From NCBI RefSeq assembly GCF_018350175.1, contig NC_058368.1, positions 30,320,001-30,384,000 of the forward strand: a DNA stretch of 64,000 nucleotides, given 5' to 3'. The translations under genes and the position numbers were made by a program. The DNA is from Felis catus (Eukaryota). Shown in pieces: positions 48,606 through 59,407 of this stretch (its first letter is position 1; the number at the start of each line of letters is the position of its first letter). Below the pieces are notes generated by a model that saw only the letters and a list, made by a program, of their open reading frames with translations, was not told where the DNA came from and searched no databases.

Positions 48606-50737
48606 ATCAAAAATCATTTACTGAAATAAGCAGAGGCAGGCTTACAGAGAGGGCTGTAAGAGAGGTCCAGGCATCAGGTGGATGTTGAAATGGAGATCAG
48701 TGGTGCCAACCAGGAAGACCGGGCATTGCCAATGACTCACAGTTCTGTTTTTCCAACACTCACCGGTTCCTTTTTTCTGCAGTGAAAGCAACAGCAGTAA
48801 CTTAAGAAATTTCCAAATGACCTGCTGCACCGGAATCCTACCGGTTGCTTTGCAGAGCCAACCCGTCTTGGGCTCTCCTATTGTTTGCTTTCACAGGGGA
48901 CCATGAATTGAAGGGAAAAAAAAAAAAAGGAATGTTTGGTATGGATAAATTTTCTAGTCACTGTTTATCATTTCCCAGGCATGATTTTCCTCTTAGGATA
49001 TGGCCTTATCCAAAGCTACTACAAAGCCACAAAAGTTGGCGTTGTAGACTTTATGTCAAAGGAGAAACTAGTTTGAAACAGGGTCCACTGCCGGTGTTGG
49101 GATGGATGCCTTCTTTCACAGGTAGTCCATAGCAATTTAGGAAAAAACACGAGTGTGTAACACAAAAGACATGTGTCCATGACACTGCTTGATCTGGGCT
49201 TCAAAGACAGAATTGAAAGCTGAACTTCAGTGAGTGTTAGATCAGCAGAAAGAAGTTCTCACAAATGATATCACAGCCCGGGTCATTAATGTTCCTCTCC
49301 CTTCACCTTACCCTGCAACCTCCGCGTTCATGCCTCTAATTAGTGCAGCTCGAACAGAGGAGACTTCTGATGCCAAATGTGTGGAAAATTTCCAAAGAAG
49401 CATTTCCATTTTAAAGAGATCTGAAAACATTATCTGAATCAGCTCCCCCTTTAAAAATTCTATTCCTGCAGGGAAAAAGGTAATTATATGCATTTAGATA
49501 TGGATGGCTTTTGCAGAAAAAAAAATTTTTTTTTAGTTGACATTGCCTAATCACAAGGAATTACTTCTTAATCATGAAATAATAGCCCTAACACTCTTAG
49601 ATTCCAAGAAACCCTCGAGTAAAAAATTTAGTTCCTGATGCTTTTATGTACTAACTAAGTGATGTTTTAAAACATCTTTTGCGATAAAGGTTTTTGTTAA
49701 TTTCACGGTGAAACTTCTCTGTCATACAGCCATCATCTTTTGTTCTTTGGTTCCAGAACATCTGATAGTGTTATATAAAAATGGACACAATATTTAAGAT
49801 GCATCTCTGAAAACTTCTGGGGTATCGCCCTTCCGTGTCTGATTCACATTTCTGAGGGCAAGGAGCAGGAGGTAAAAGTGCCAAGTGGTGGGGTCTTGAG
49901 GACCCAGCAGCTGCCAATGAGCCTCTCCATCTGGGAGGCCATCATCGCTAAGGTGCACCATTTTCTTCACATAATAGACTTGCACCTGTCATTCAGTTAG
50001 GAATGACAAAGAAGATACTTTGCTGCTCTCATCCTCTCTGACTTCTTGTGATTTTTCTCTTTTCTTCTGCCCTAGAGAACAGATGTTCTGCACCCACTAA
50101 GGTCAGTTTTACATTGTTTTGTTTTTCAAGGAGTGTTTTTGACATTCCTGCTGATGATTCAGCATAAATTGTTCTTGTAATTAGTGTAGGTAAGGAACTC
50201 CCCACCTATCTTTTAGTAGATGGTTATGAAGCCGATGTACATTAGCTGGGACTGTAGAAGGAGGAGAGGAGGGCTGCTGATTATGGATTCCATCCCCATA
50301 TCTCTAAGACCAAATCCCAAATGGTTTAATCATCATCAATGTCAACCTTTGCCATATCTTCATTCTACATGCCATATATTATAATGTTGCATTTATATTC
50401 CATCTTGACTTTGATATTTGCTTCTTCAGAATAGAGGTAACCTGATTAGACAAGGCGACTGGCAGTTGAAAGAAATGTTCTTAAAATATGCATGTACCAT
50501 CACCAATTTCCCACTAGCGATTCTCCCTATATCCTACTGTCTGCATTTACCAGGGGTTTGTTTTGTTTTGTTTTTAGACATAATTATGACTAGAGAAGAT
50601 TGGGTCTGTGGCAAAAATGACAATTACCAGCAGCTTCTTTGTGTATGACTTCTGTTCTCTTAGGCAAGGGCAGGGAGACAAGGAGTAAAAAATGTCTTCA
50701 TATAAAATGTAAAGTCATTGAGTATTTCAAACGCCTT

Positions 50738-50743
<6 letters not shown>

Positions 50744-50779
<36 letters not shown>

Positions 50780-50790
50780 TGTGTGTGTGT
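50744..50790. repeat. (TG)n microsatellite
   Basis: TG run with one interruption. Confidence 0.95.
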
Positions 50791-51639
50791 TTATATTTAA
50801 TATAGTACTAGTATAAGGATCTTTATCCTACCTGTAACTATTGCCATCCTTTTTCTAGAATCCTTCTTTCTGGTCATTTTATGTCAACTGCTGCTTCAAT
50901 ATTATTGGGCAGTCATTGATGTCAGAGACCTTTTCTGAACCAATTGGCCACTGATTTTCAAATATTTATTATTCATCTGCTGTATGTTACCATATGGGCT
51001 GACAAGAAAATATAAAAAGAGGTTGCAAGGTATAGAAGTAAACACAATAATTGGTTAGTCTCAAACTAGAAGAAACATTTTTTTGCATCAAACTTACAGA
51101 GGAGTAGGTACCTTTTATAGGCAAATACTCTTGATCTATATACTGTAGTTGGCAGGGGATGCAGAGAAATTTAGTATCCAGCCCCTGCCTTCTTCCACTT
51201 TGCCATAATTCTAATTTAAAAAATTGTATATGAAACAGATAACAAAATTTCGGGATGTATTTGAGATATGACACTGATGTAAGAATTGTTATAAGACAAT
51301 AGGTCACCGCTTGGCACATGATGCTATACACATTAACTGTTACGAGTTCCGGGTGGGGGGGTTAGAAGCATTTCCTGTATGCTGGAGTGCTCCTGGACAA
51401 TTTTACCAAAAAAAGCGTAATAACTGATCCTTATTCCCTCCATATTATGTAATGCCAAAGAGCACAAAATTAACGTATACACACTTCAGGTTAGACTTCT
51501 GAATAGGAGCCACAAGTTCTTCTGATTTTCAGGAAAGGGGATATTAAGTATTTAGAGCCTCATTGAATATCAAATTTAATTATTATAAGAGGCTGAGGGT
51601 ATTAGAAAAACCAGTGACATTAAAATCGGACAGCTGGGT

Positions 51640-51980
51640 GTGTCACGTAGGGTTCTGAATTGTACACAAGAGACACTGACCCTAGCTAACTGGGCAGACA
51701 GGGAATTATTGGGGGGCTACTGGGTAGCTAACCCCATGAACAGTAGCAGGGGAACCTGGGCTCCTGTGTTTTTGTCTCTGTGCTCGGGTGTTTCCCCACT
51801 TAACCCTCGCCGTGACTGTGGTGGGCACGGCGCTCTCTGCTTGCTCTTTCCAGATGATTCTCCCTTTGCCTTTGGATCCTCCCTCAAGTTTCAGGGACCA
51901 AAGGAGGAGCCTGTGATTGGCCAGGTCTGTGTCATGGGCTTGAATGCTAACCCCCAGAGAACTGGAGGAAGATCAACCTT
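51640..51980 (-). mobile_element. Very old MaLR LTR (MLT1L-O-like)
   Basis: 'agggttctgaattg...acactgaccctagctaact...gggaattattgg...tgattggccaggtctgtgtcatg'. Confidence 0.5.
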
Positions 51981-52412
51981 TTTTTCTGCTGCTTTGATAT
52001 CTGTGACCATAGACGTTGACTGAAACAATTGTGAGAGATAGTGCTTTGATGAGGGAGAAACAGTGTGGGAGGAATATGGCAATGATCAGGGTAAGGAATA
52101 GGCAACTGGGTAAGAAATCCTTATAAGCTTTGCAAAGGGCATTGTTATTTATGGCATACGTATATAGGTAAAATGCCCACTCACTTCACTGTGCTGCACA
52201 AAGATGGGGAATTGGGCCATGCCTTATATCAAGATACACATAATAGTGCATCCCGCCCCCTCGTTTAGGGATAGTGAATGCTGGAGAGCGAACATGGCAA
52301 GAGTCCATTGCATGTGGGTTCAGTTGTGTCTCTTTTTTCCCAGCTGTGTGAGCTGTGGCAAGCCACTTAGACTTTATGAATCTCAATATCTTCTTTAAAA
52401 TTGATAGTTTCT

Positions 52413-52524
52413 GGGGCACCTGGCTGGCTGAGTGTGTGGAGCGTCGGCCTCTTGATCTCGGGGTGGTGAGTTTGAGCCCCATGCTGGGTGTAGAGGCTAC
52501 TTGAAAATAAAATCTTTAAAAAAA
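52413..52524 (+). mobile_element. Short tRNA-like CAN-SINE within a MIR remnant (~52300-52580)
   Basis: ggggcacctggctggctgagt...tttgagccccatgctgggtgtagaggctacttgaaaataaaatcttt; degenerate TSD ttgat(a/c)gttt. Confidence 0.88.
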
Positions 52525-54194
52525 GTTTGATCGTTTGTGATGTTGTAAGGATTAGATAGAGTGACACATGTAAAAACTGCAAACTGGAAAGGAAGTGCCG
52601 TAAAATGGAGAAATGATGACTGCTCCGGTGAAATAGTTCTGTCATCCCCGAGCGTACCGTGAACTTGGAAATTCGCAAGGCCCGAAAACGGTAGCTCCAA
52701 CTGACCATTTCAGGGTTTTATTGCGTGCTGTCAGGTGTCCACAAAAGTGAGGTGTTAGGGCCAATGTCACCAGTGATGGGCTTTAAATGAGTGTGTACGC
52801 TGAGTGAAAGAAGGAATTTTGTGCTACCTTCATCACTTATTCAATGGAACGTAGCTGGAGGAGTTCTCTGTCACCACAGCCTTCGCTGGAGTCACAAGAA
52901 TAAATATGTGAAGCAGGGTACAGCACAGAAATAAAGTGAGGCATTTTGGGATAGGCCAATCTACTTTAAACGCTATTCCTAGAAAATGGGAGTCTCCATA
53001 GAAGCTTCCTCAGGATGCTTCCGTTGGCGTGACCCCCATGGGGCAATACATAAATGATCTCCATGAATGTCCTTTTATGGTGCATCTTGTTCCAACATCA
53101 TGCTTGTCACTTGGCCTAGGGTGTGAGCACAACAGGAATGCACCATATCATTACTTGTGTTTGTGCTCTGGATGGACACGGTGGTTGTCATTTGCAACAG
53201 GTTTATATTATCCACTAGAAGGGTCCTTTTATGAGGGAGATGCCTCGTATGAGGTCCTGCCAGAGCAGATGTGCCCAAGATGACAGCTTCGGAGCGTGGG
53301 CTTTTCTGTGTCAAGCGACCGGGGACAAAGCTGGCTGTCAAGTGACTCAGTAGCATCCGTCAGAGCTTACTGAGGATGAGATGAGTGGCCCTCAGTCCAC
53401 TAATGCCTGCTTAATTTTTTTTTTTTTTCTTTTTGCGGTGTCTCCTTCCAGGGGCTAGATAATTGAACTCTTTGTAGGAGGCCTGCACATGATGAAATGC
53501 AGCCCATGACTGCCTATCCAAAGCTGGCGATGCTTATCCAATGTGTTTTGTCCCTAATAAAAAGATGAAGAGACAGTGAGTTCCCCTTTTGTGAAGACCT
53601 GAAAAGCTCTGGGAACTGGCAGGTTCTCAATTTTGATTTTTTATTCTAATTATATAGTTGAAAACAATTCGCAGAATTTGGTGTCTAATTTGAGATATTT
53701 TAATCTCCGTCTCATCCATTAATTTGTGAATACCATGTTGAGAGAGAAACTTGAAAGCAAGTTCTCCCTGTCAGGAAATCCTTTTCAGGGCTTGGGTGAA
53801 AAACCTTTCTTAATCACATATTCCCTTTTCCTGGAGCACCTGAACAGAGAGACCCCCCCCCCCCCCCCCCCAGTACAGACGAGAGTCTGAGCATCTTTCT
53901 TACTTGGATAGTGAAGAGTCCCCTTGACCCCTTTGTGTGACTCCTCATTTCTACACCCCACGGCCATTATTTGTGCAACATTAGGAATCTCAACCGCTGT
54001 GGGGCTCAGGTTGCCCATCAATAAAATGATAATGTTGGACTATTTGACCTTTAAGCTTCCCGTCAGGTTTTTAATATTTAGTTTTTGAAAATTCACTTTA
54101 TTAAAGATGATATTAGAGAATAAAAACAATGAAACATCATTTATTTAAGTTAGTTTGTCTGACACTGATGTCTTAGTACTTCCAGCTTAGAGTC

Positions 54195-54416
54195 TTTTTT
54201 TTTCTTTAATTTTTTTTAATGTTTATTTATTTTTGTGACAGAGACAGAGCATGAATGGGGGAGGGTCAGAGAGAGAGGGAGACACAGAATCTGAAGCAGG
54301 CTCCAGGCTCTGAGCTGTCAGAACAGAGCCCGACGCAGGGCTCGAACTCACGGACTGCGAGATCATGACCTTGGCCGAAGTCGGACGCTTAACTGACTGA
54401 GCCACCCAGGAGCCCC
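54195..54416 (-). mobile_element. CAN-SINE
   Basis: TSD tagagtctttt. Confidence 0.96.
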
Positions 54417-54571
54417 GTAGAGTCTTTTATTCTCAGACTTTATTATTGAAGATTTACACGCATGAACTTCATGCAGATAGTGAAATATAAACCCCCTTAT
54501 TTGGGGACAAACTAGAATAATGTGTATCTATGTTGGGGGAAAGTCCAAACTTGCTTTTGTCTTTTAGATGC

Positions 54572-54739
54572 TATTTTTTAAAGTTTATTTATTTATTTCG
54601 AGAGAGTGAGTACAAGCTGGGGAGGCTCCGTGCTGTCAGTGCAGAACCCGATGCAGAGCTTGACCCCACGAACCCTGAGATCGTGACCCAAGGAAATCAA
54701 GAGTCGGATGTTCAACCTACTGAGCCACCCAGGTGCCCC
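54572..54739 (-). mobile_element. CAN-SINE (internally shortened)
   Basis: TSD tgtcttttagat at 54558-54569 and 54740-54751. Confidence 0.92.
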
Positions 54740-54839
54740 TGTCTTTTAGATTTTAAATGCTTGTCTATACTCTTCCTGTCCTCCCCCAAACCAGGCAGGC
54801 ACATTCGTTGTGTCAATAATATTAGAAGCAAACGCATAT

Positions 54840-54842
<3 letters not shown>

Positions 54843-54879
<37 letters not shown>

Positions 54880-54888
54880 TGTGTGTGT
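54843..54888. repeat. (GT)n microsatellite, within an L2 3'-end-like context
   Basis: GT run; followed by 'gagtgaattaaataatgagtgaat'. Confidence 0.9.
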
Positions 54889-56387
54889 AGCAGACGCTCA
54901 GCATATATATAGTGAGTGAATTAAATAATGAGTGAATATTTAAACAATGTGTTTCCATGTTACAGATGGTCTTTGATAGAGTCAAATAAGAGCTAACTGA
55001 GCAAGGCAGTTCTTGTGATAATAAACCATTATCAGTTCTATTATATATTCCCTTTTTATTCGTGGGTAAAATATGTTTCAGTGTGACAACATAATTCTTC
55101 TCTGCCATTACCACTGATCTTCGCCAGCACCATCAAAGGGCACTCAGTGTCTTTTAAAGTTGGAAAGACATGAAATGCGTAAATGTGATATCTGAATTTT
55201 TATAACTCCTTGCTCCTCTCCCCACCTCTGCCGAAACCTGTACAAGTCTTTGGGCTTTCACTTTTCAAAACAGCGGCTTGTGATGTGATGTGGGATCTGA
55301 GGTGTGAGCGACGGGCTGCATTAGTGGATAAGCTCATGTTTTTATATAGAAACGGGTCATGTATTGGTAGGAAATCTTACTTGCTGCAGAATCCAAGCAG
55401 AGTTGAAGGGCAGACGACAAAAATCAACACAGAACCCTCTGTTGTTTTCTTTCCCCTTGTCGTTTTCAGAAATTTCTCTTATCACTTTGATCAGGCTACT
55501 TTGTTGGAGTTGTTTGGGCAAATCCCCACCTTTCGATGGGCCCGCTGACTTCCACCTAATAGGGTCATATTTATGTGGCTGGAAGGGCTGCCGACTGGCT
55601 TCATTCCCCAGGAAGTAACTCTTGGCTAGTTCTGGCAGGGACATTATAAGCTCACAGGCTTTATCAAATCTGTGAAACCAAGTGTGATTTACAGCTAGAG
55701 CTGGGGCAAAGAAACATACAGCAGTTGGATTCTAAAATCAGTAGCTTCCTCCCTGAAGAAGTAGAGGGAATTTGAGTCAGAAGCCAACAAATAAGACCAA
55801 TTTCAGCTTATCTTGAAAATTTCCAGACTTATTCATAAATTTGACAGGAGTGCTAGCGAAGAGAAACACTTTGAAATGATAAAAAGTAAACACTCGATGT
55901 AAGACCCAGAGATGTGGATCTCTTTCAGGTGGCTGGGCTTGGTGCAGAGGGCCACAGGGACAATAGAATATGATGCCATATCCTCTCCCTTTTATGTTGC
56001 TTTAAACGGTCTCTGGAAGTGTGGATAGGGTGGGAACTAGTCAGTCAAAAACGTACTTTGAATTTGTAAAATTAAGAAATACGGGAGGATTGAATGGAAG
56101 TAATGAGAATTGTCTTGTGTGTGTGACAAAGAAAAATGTGTAGGAGGATGAAATAGACCTAGGCTCTACTTTTATTTATTTTCCTGAGTAGTAAATGACT
56201 GGCAAATAGGGATTTCTTTTCCCTTTGACACCTGCTCTATTGGCATAGTTCAGTTGAGAGGGAGGACAAGCAGAACTTTCTATGATTATCCCATTTGATA
56301 CTTTGACAGTATGACCAATAGATTGTTTAAATGATCTTGGGATACAATATTAAAATCTCCGGAGAAAATTGCAAATTTATCACAAAC

Positions 56388-56603
56388 TATATGCTATAAA
56401 TATATATATAAATATATATTATGTATGTAATATATATTACAGATATATAATTATATCATTTATATATATAAATGATATATATACATATATACTTAAACAT
56501 TATATTAAATTAGCAAATACTTATTAATATTTTAAATTAATAAATATTTAATTATATTAAATATATTAAATATAAATATATATAAAAATGATATAATTAT
56601 ATC
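56388..56603. repeat. AT-rich low-complexity tract with nested palindromes
   Basis: Nearly pure A/T; perfect palindromes at 56427-56440 and 56452-56479. Confidence 0.9.
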
Positions 56604-56838
56604 CTTTTGTTGCTAAAGCAACAAAGGAACTTAGTGATTTCCCACTGCCAGTAGGCTCACTATCTTTTAAAAAATATATCTACCAGAAATAAACCTTATT
56701 CAGTAACAATTTATCATTTTTCATATTTTAATTAATAAAAGCTTGGTCAGAGTCAAGTTAAACTTGGTTAAACTTCTGGCCAGCTTGTACAAGGGAACCG
56801 ACTTTGCCATGCTGAATTAAAATGTCAGCGTAAAACTC

Positions 56839-57060
56839 GGGGCACCTGGGTGGCTCAGCGGATTAAGCGTCCGACTTTGGCCCAGGTCATGATCTCACAC
56901 AGTTCGTGTGTTCGAGCACCGCATCGGGCTCTGTGCTGACAGCTTAGAGCCTGGAGCCTGCTTCGGATGTGTGTCTCCCCCTCTCTCTGCTCCTCCCCTG
57001 CTCATGCTCTGTCTCTCTCTCTGTCTAAAAAATAAAAAGAATTTAAAAGAAATTTAAAAA
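56839..57060 (+). mobile_element. CAN-SINE
   Basis: Full element; TSD ca(g/a)cgtaaaa. Confidence 0.96.
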
Positions 57061-57258
57061 TTTTTCAACGTAAAAATAAGTACTTTGTTATGCCTTCTGA
57101 CCCACACAGTCTTGCCAAGAATAAACGTATGTGTACACACAGGTGTTCATACGTGTGCACACAACACACATTTGTGTCATTTAAAAATGCCAGATGTTAT
57201 TGGAGAAGCCGCTTCATCACCCTCAAGGATATCTAAGTCACTTAAAATGCATCGTGGA

Positions 57259-57452
57259 GGGGCGCCTGGGTGGCTTAGTCAGTTAGGTGACGGATTAGGT
57301 GATTTCGCTCAGGTCATGATATCACCATTTGTGAGACTAAGCCCCACATGAGGCACTGGGCTGATAGCACAGGACCTGCTTGGTGTTGTTCTCTCTCTAT
57401 TCTCTCTGCCCCTCCTCTCGCTCTCTAAAAATAAATAAATAAACATTTAAAA
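57259..57452 (+). mobile_element. CAN-SINE (diverged)
   Basis: Head ggggcgcctgggtggcttag; aataaa tail. Confidence 0.92.
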
Positions 57453-58600
57453 AATACATATGGGAAGCCATTGAACGATCTCAACTAATATAGGAATAAG
57501 TAATCTGTTTTCAAGAAATCCCAAGCAAGGCATTTAAAAAATATTAAATGAGTGATTATGGTAGAAAGCAATTTCACAGAGTAGTGTCGGGATAATCTTT
57601 ATCCTTTGAAACGGGGAATCGTTTCTGTCACGAAGGAAGCAGGGCGAAGGAAAACTCAGCCTTTCATCAGGAATGCGTAGACAATTCAGACAAAAATAAG
57701 AATTAAGAAGCCTGCTCTATGTGGAAAAGCAACACATAATCTTGACCTGAGAATCTTGGGTCAGTTTTTGGTCCTGAAATGATAAATGAAACACTTGGAA
57801 AAGGAGAGGTGAACTCTATGCTTGACTGTTTCCCTGAAGCACGTGTGTCCTCACTGCCCAGCATATACACGCTTCCCCTGTGCTGAGAGTAAGTGCGTGC
57901 GTGTTCGGACGGGTGGCCTAGGAGAAGCACCAGACTGTTGCCACATTTGGCCTGGCACCACCACATCTGCAGAAGACTGACTTCCACCCCATGGCATACC
58001 TTTGAGGGTGAGATGGCAAAGAGTTTTTTCTTTCTGACATTTTAATTTTCACTTCTCCCAAGGAATCCTGCCATATTTCTAGGTGGGTACAACACACGGC
58101 ACTCAATTTATGCATTTAAGTAGGCAGATCTGACAAAACAGTGAAAGCTGCGTAAGGTTTATGTGGGTAAATCGCCACTTCTTGAACTCTGAAATCTGCA
58201 TGCACAGGAAGTTGGGAGTTTGCTAATTAACTCTATGCACATGCTCAGAAATAAACTCACAAATATTGTTTCTTGTCACTGAGAATGTGTTTAACGTATG
58301 CCCAAGAAGACGCACCTTCAGATGATATATCTAGGTCAAAAAATACCGTGTATCATAATATTTTTAGCTTTGTGGTCTCACTGTTTTTTGCTATTTGGCA
58401 CAATTGCCTTGAGAACATTTTCTATTGGTGGTTGTCATCTGTGTAGAATAACAAAACAGAGTATTTGCTTTGATCCATACAATCCCTTTGGGGGAAAACT
58501 TACAACTAGTATACTCATTGGATAGGCGTTTTGCCTGTTGGATATATATGAAATCACAGAACTTGAGAATAAGAAGTGTAATAGTTAGGCATTGGCTAAG

Positions 58601-58712
58601 TTTTTTCCTTTTTTTTCTTAAGTTTAAGTAACCTCTATGCCCGACTTGGGGCTTGAACTCATGACCCCGAGATCAAGAGCCGCCTGCTCTTATGACCAGC
58701 TGGGCGCCACCC
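58601..58712 (-). mobile_element. Short tRNA-like CAN-SINE
   Basis: Reverse of the same short type as at 52413 ('taacctctatgcccgacttggggcttgaactcatgaccccgagatcaagag'). Confidence 0.85.
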
Positions 58713-58759
58713 CTAGTTAAATTTCTGAAACAAAGAAATCACAAAGACAGAGACTCAAG

Positions 58760-59050
58760 GCGGAAATTGACGGCTTTTCTCATGACTGTATGAAGGGGAG
58801 CAGTTTAGGCTTATGGGGAAGGCCTTGCTCATGACAGTCATTCATTAAGAGACCTAGGTTTCTTCCATCCTGTGGCCCCATCATCATTCAGGGTATTGTT
58901 CGTGTCTGGGTCACTGCCACATGTACGTGCCAGCGAGTGGAAAGGGAAAATGGAGGGAGGCAAGGACAGGCAGCAGAAGTTGGCCACAGCACTTCTGCTC
59001 ACATCCCCTTAGTGAGGGCTCTGACATATGGCTAGGAAGGGGCCACAGGT
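58760..59050 (-). mobile_element. Old MaLR LTR fragment (MLT1K-like)
   Basis: 'agtcattcattaagagacctaggtttcttccatcctgtggc...acttctgctcacatcccctt'. Confidence 0.6.
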
Positions 59051-59202
59051 AGTGCAGGCCGTCAGAAATCCTGAGATAGGATTCTACCTGTCACTCTGAC
59101 TGGCAAATCCACAGAAATAGGCGGATCGTGGTGGGGATGATGGGGGAACTCCTTGAGGTTTCATATACTTTCATTTCTATTGATTTAATAAAGAATTGAT
59201 AA

Positions 59203-59407
59203 GGGCGCCTGGGTGGCTCAGTCGGTTAAGCATCCGACTCTTGGCTTCAGCTCAGGTCATGATCTCACAGTTCCGTGGGTTCGAGCCCCGCATCCAGCTC
59301 TGCACTGACAGCACAGTGCCTGCTTGGGGTTCTCTGTCTCCCGCTCTTTCTGACCCTTCCCCATTCATGCTGTGTCTGTCTCTCTCAAGATAAATAAATA
59401 AACTTTC
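59203..59407 (+). mobile_element. CAN-SINE
   Basis: TSD aaaga(a/g)ttgataa at 59190-59202 and 59408-59420. Confidence 0.96.

Noticed and set aside
50076..50089. AGAACA-ga-TGTTCT as a glucocorticoid/androgen response element
   Set aside because: The half-sites are perfect but the spacer is 2 nt; the canonical element needs 3.
52413..52524. tRNA gene (also 58601-58712)
   Set aside because: These are tRNA-derived SINE heads with A-rich tails and degenerate stems, not functional tRNAs.
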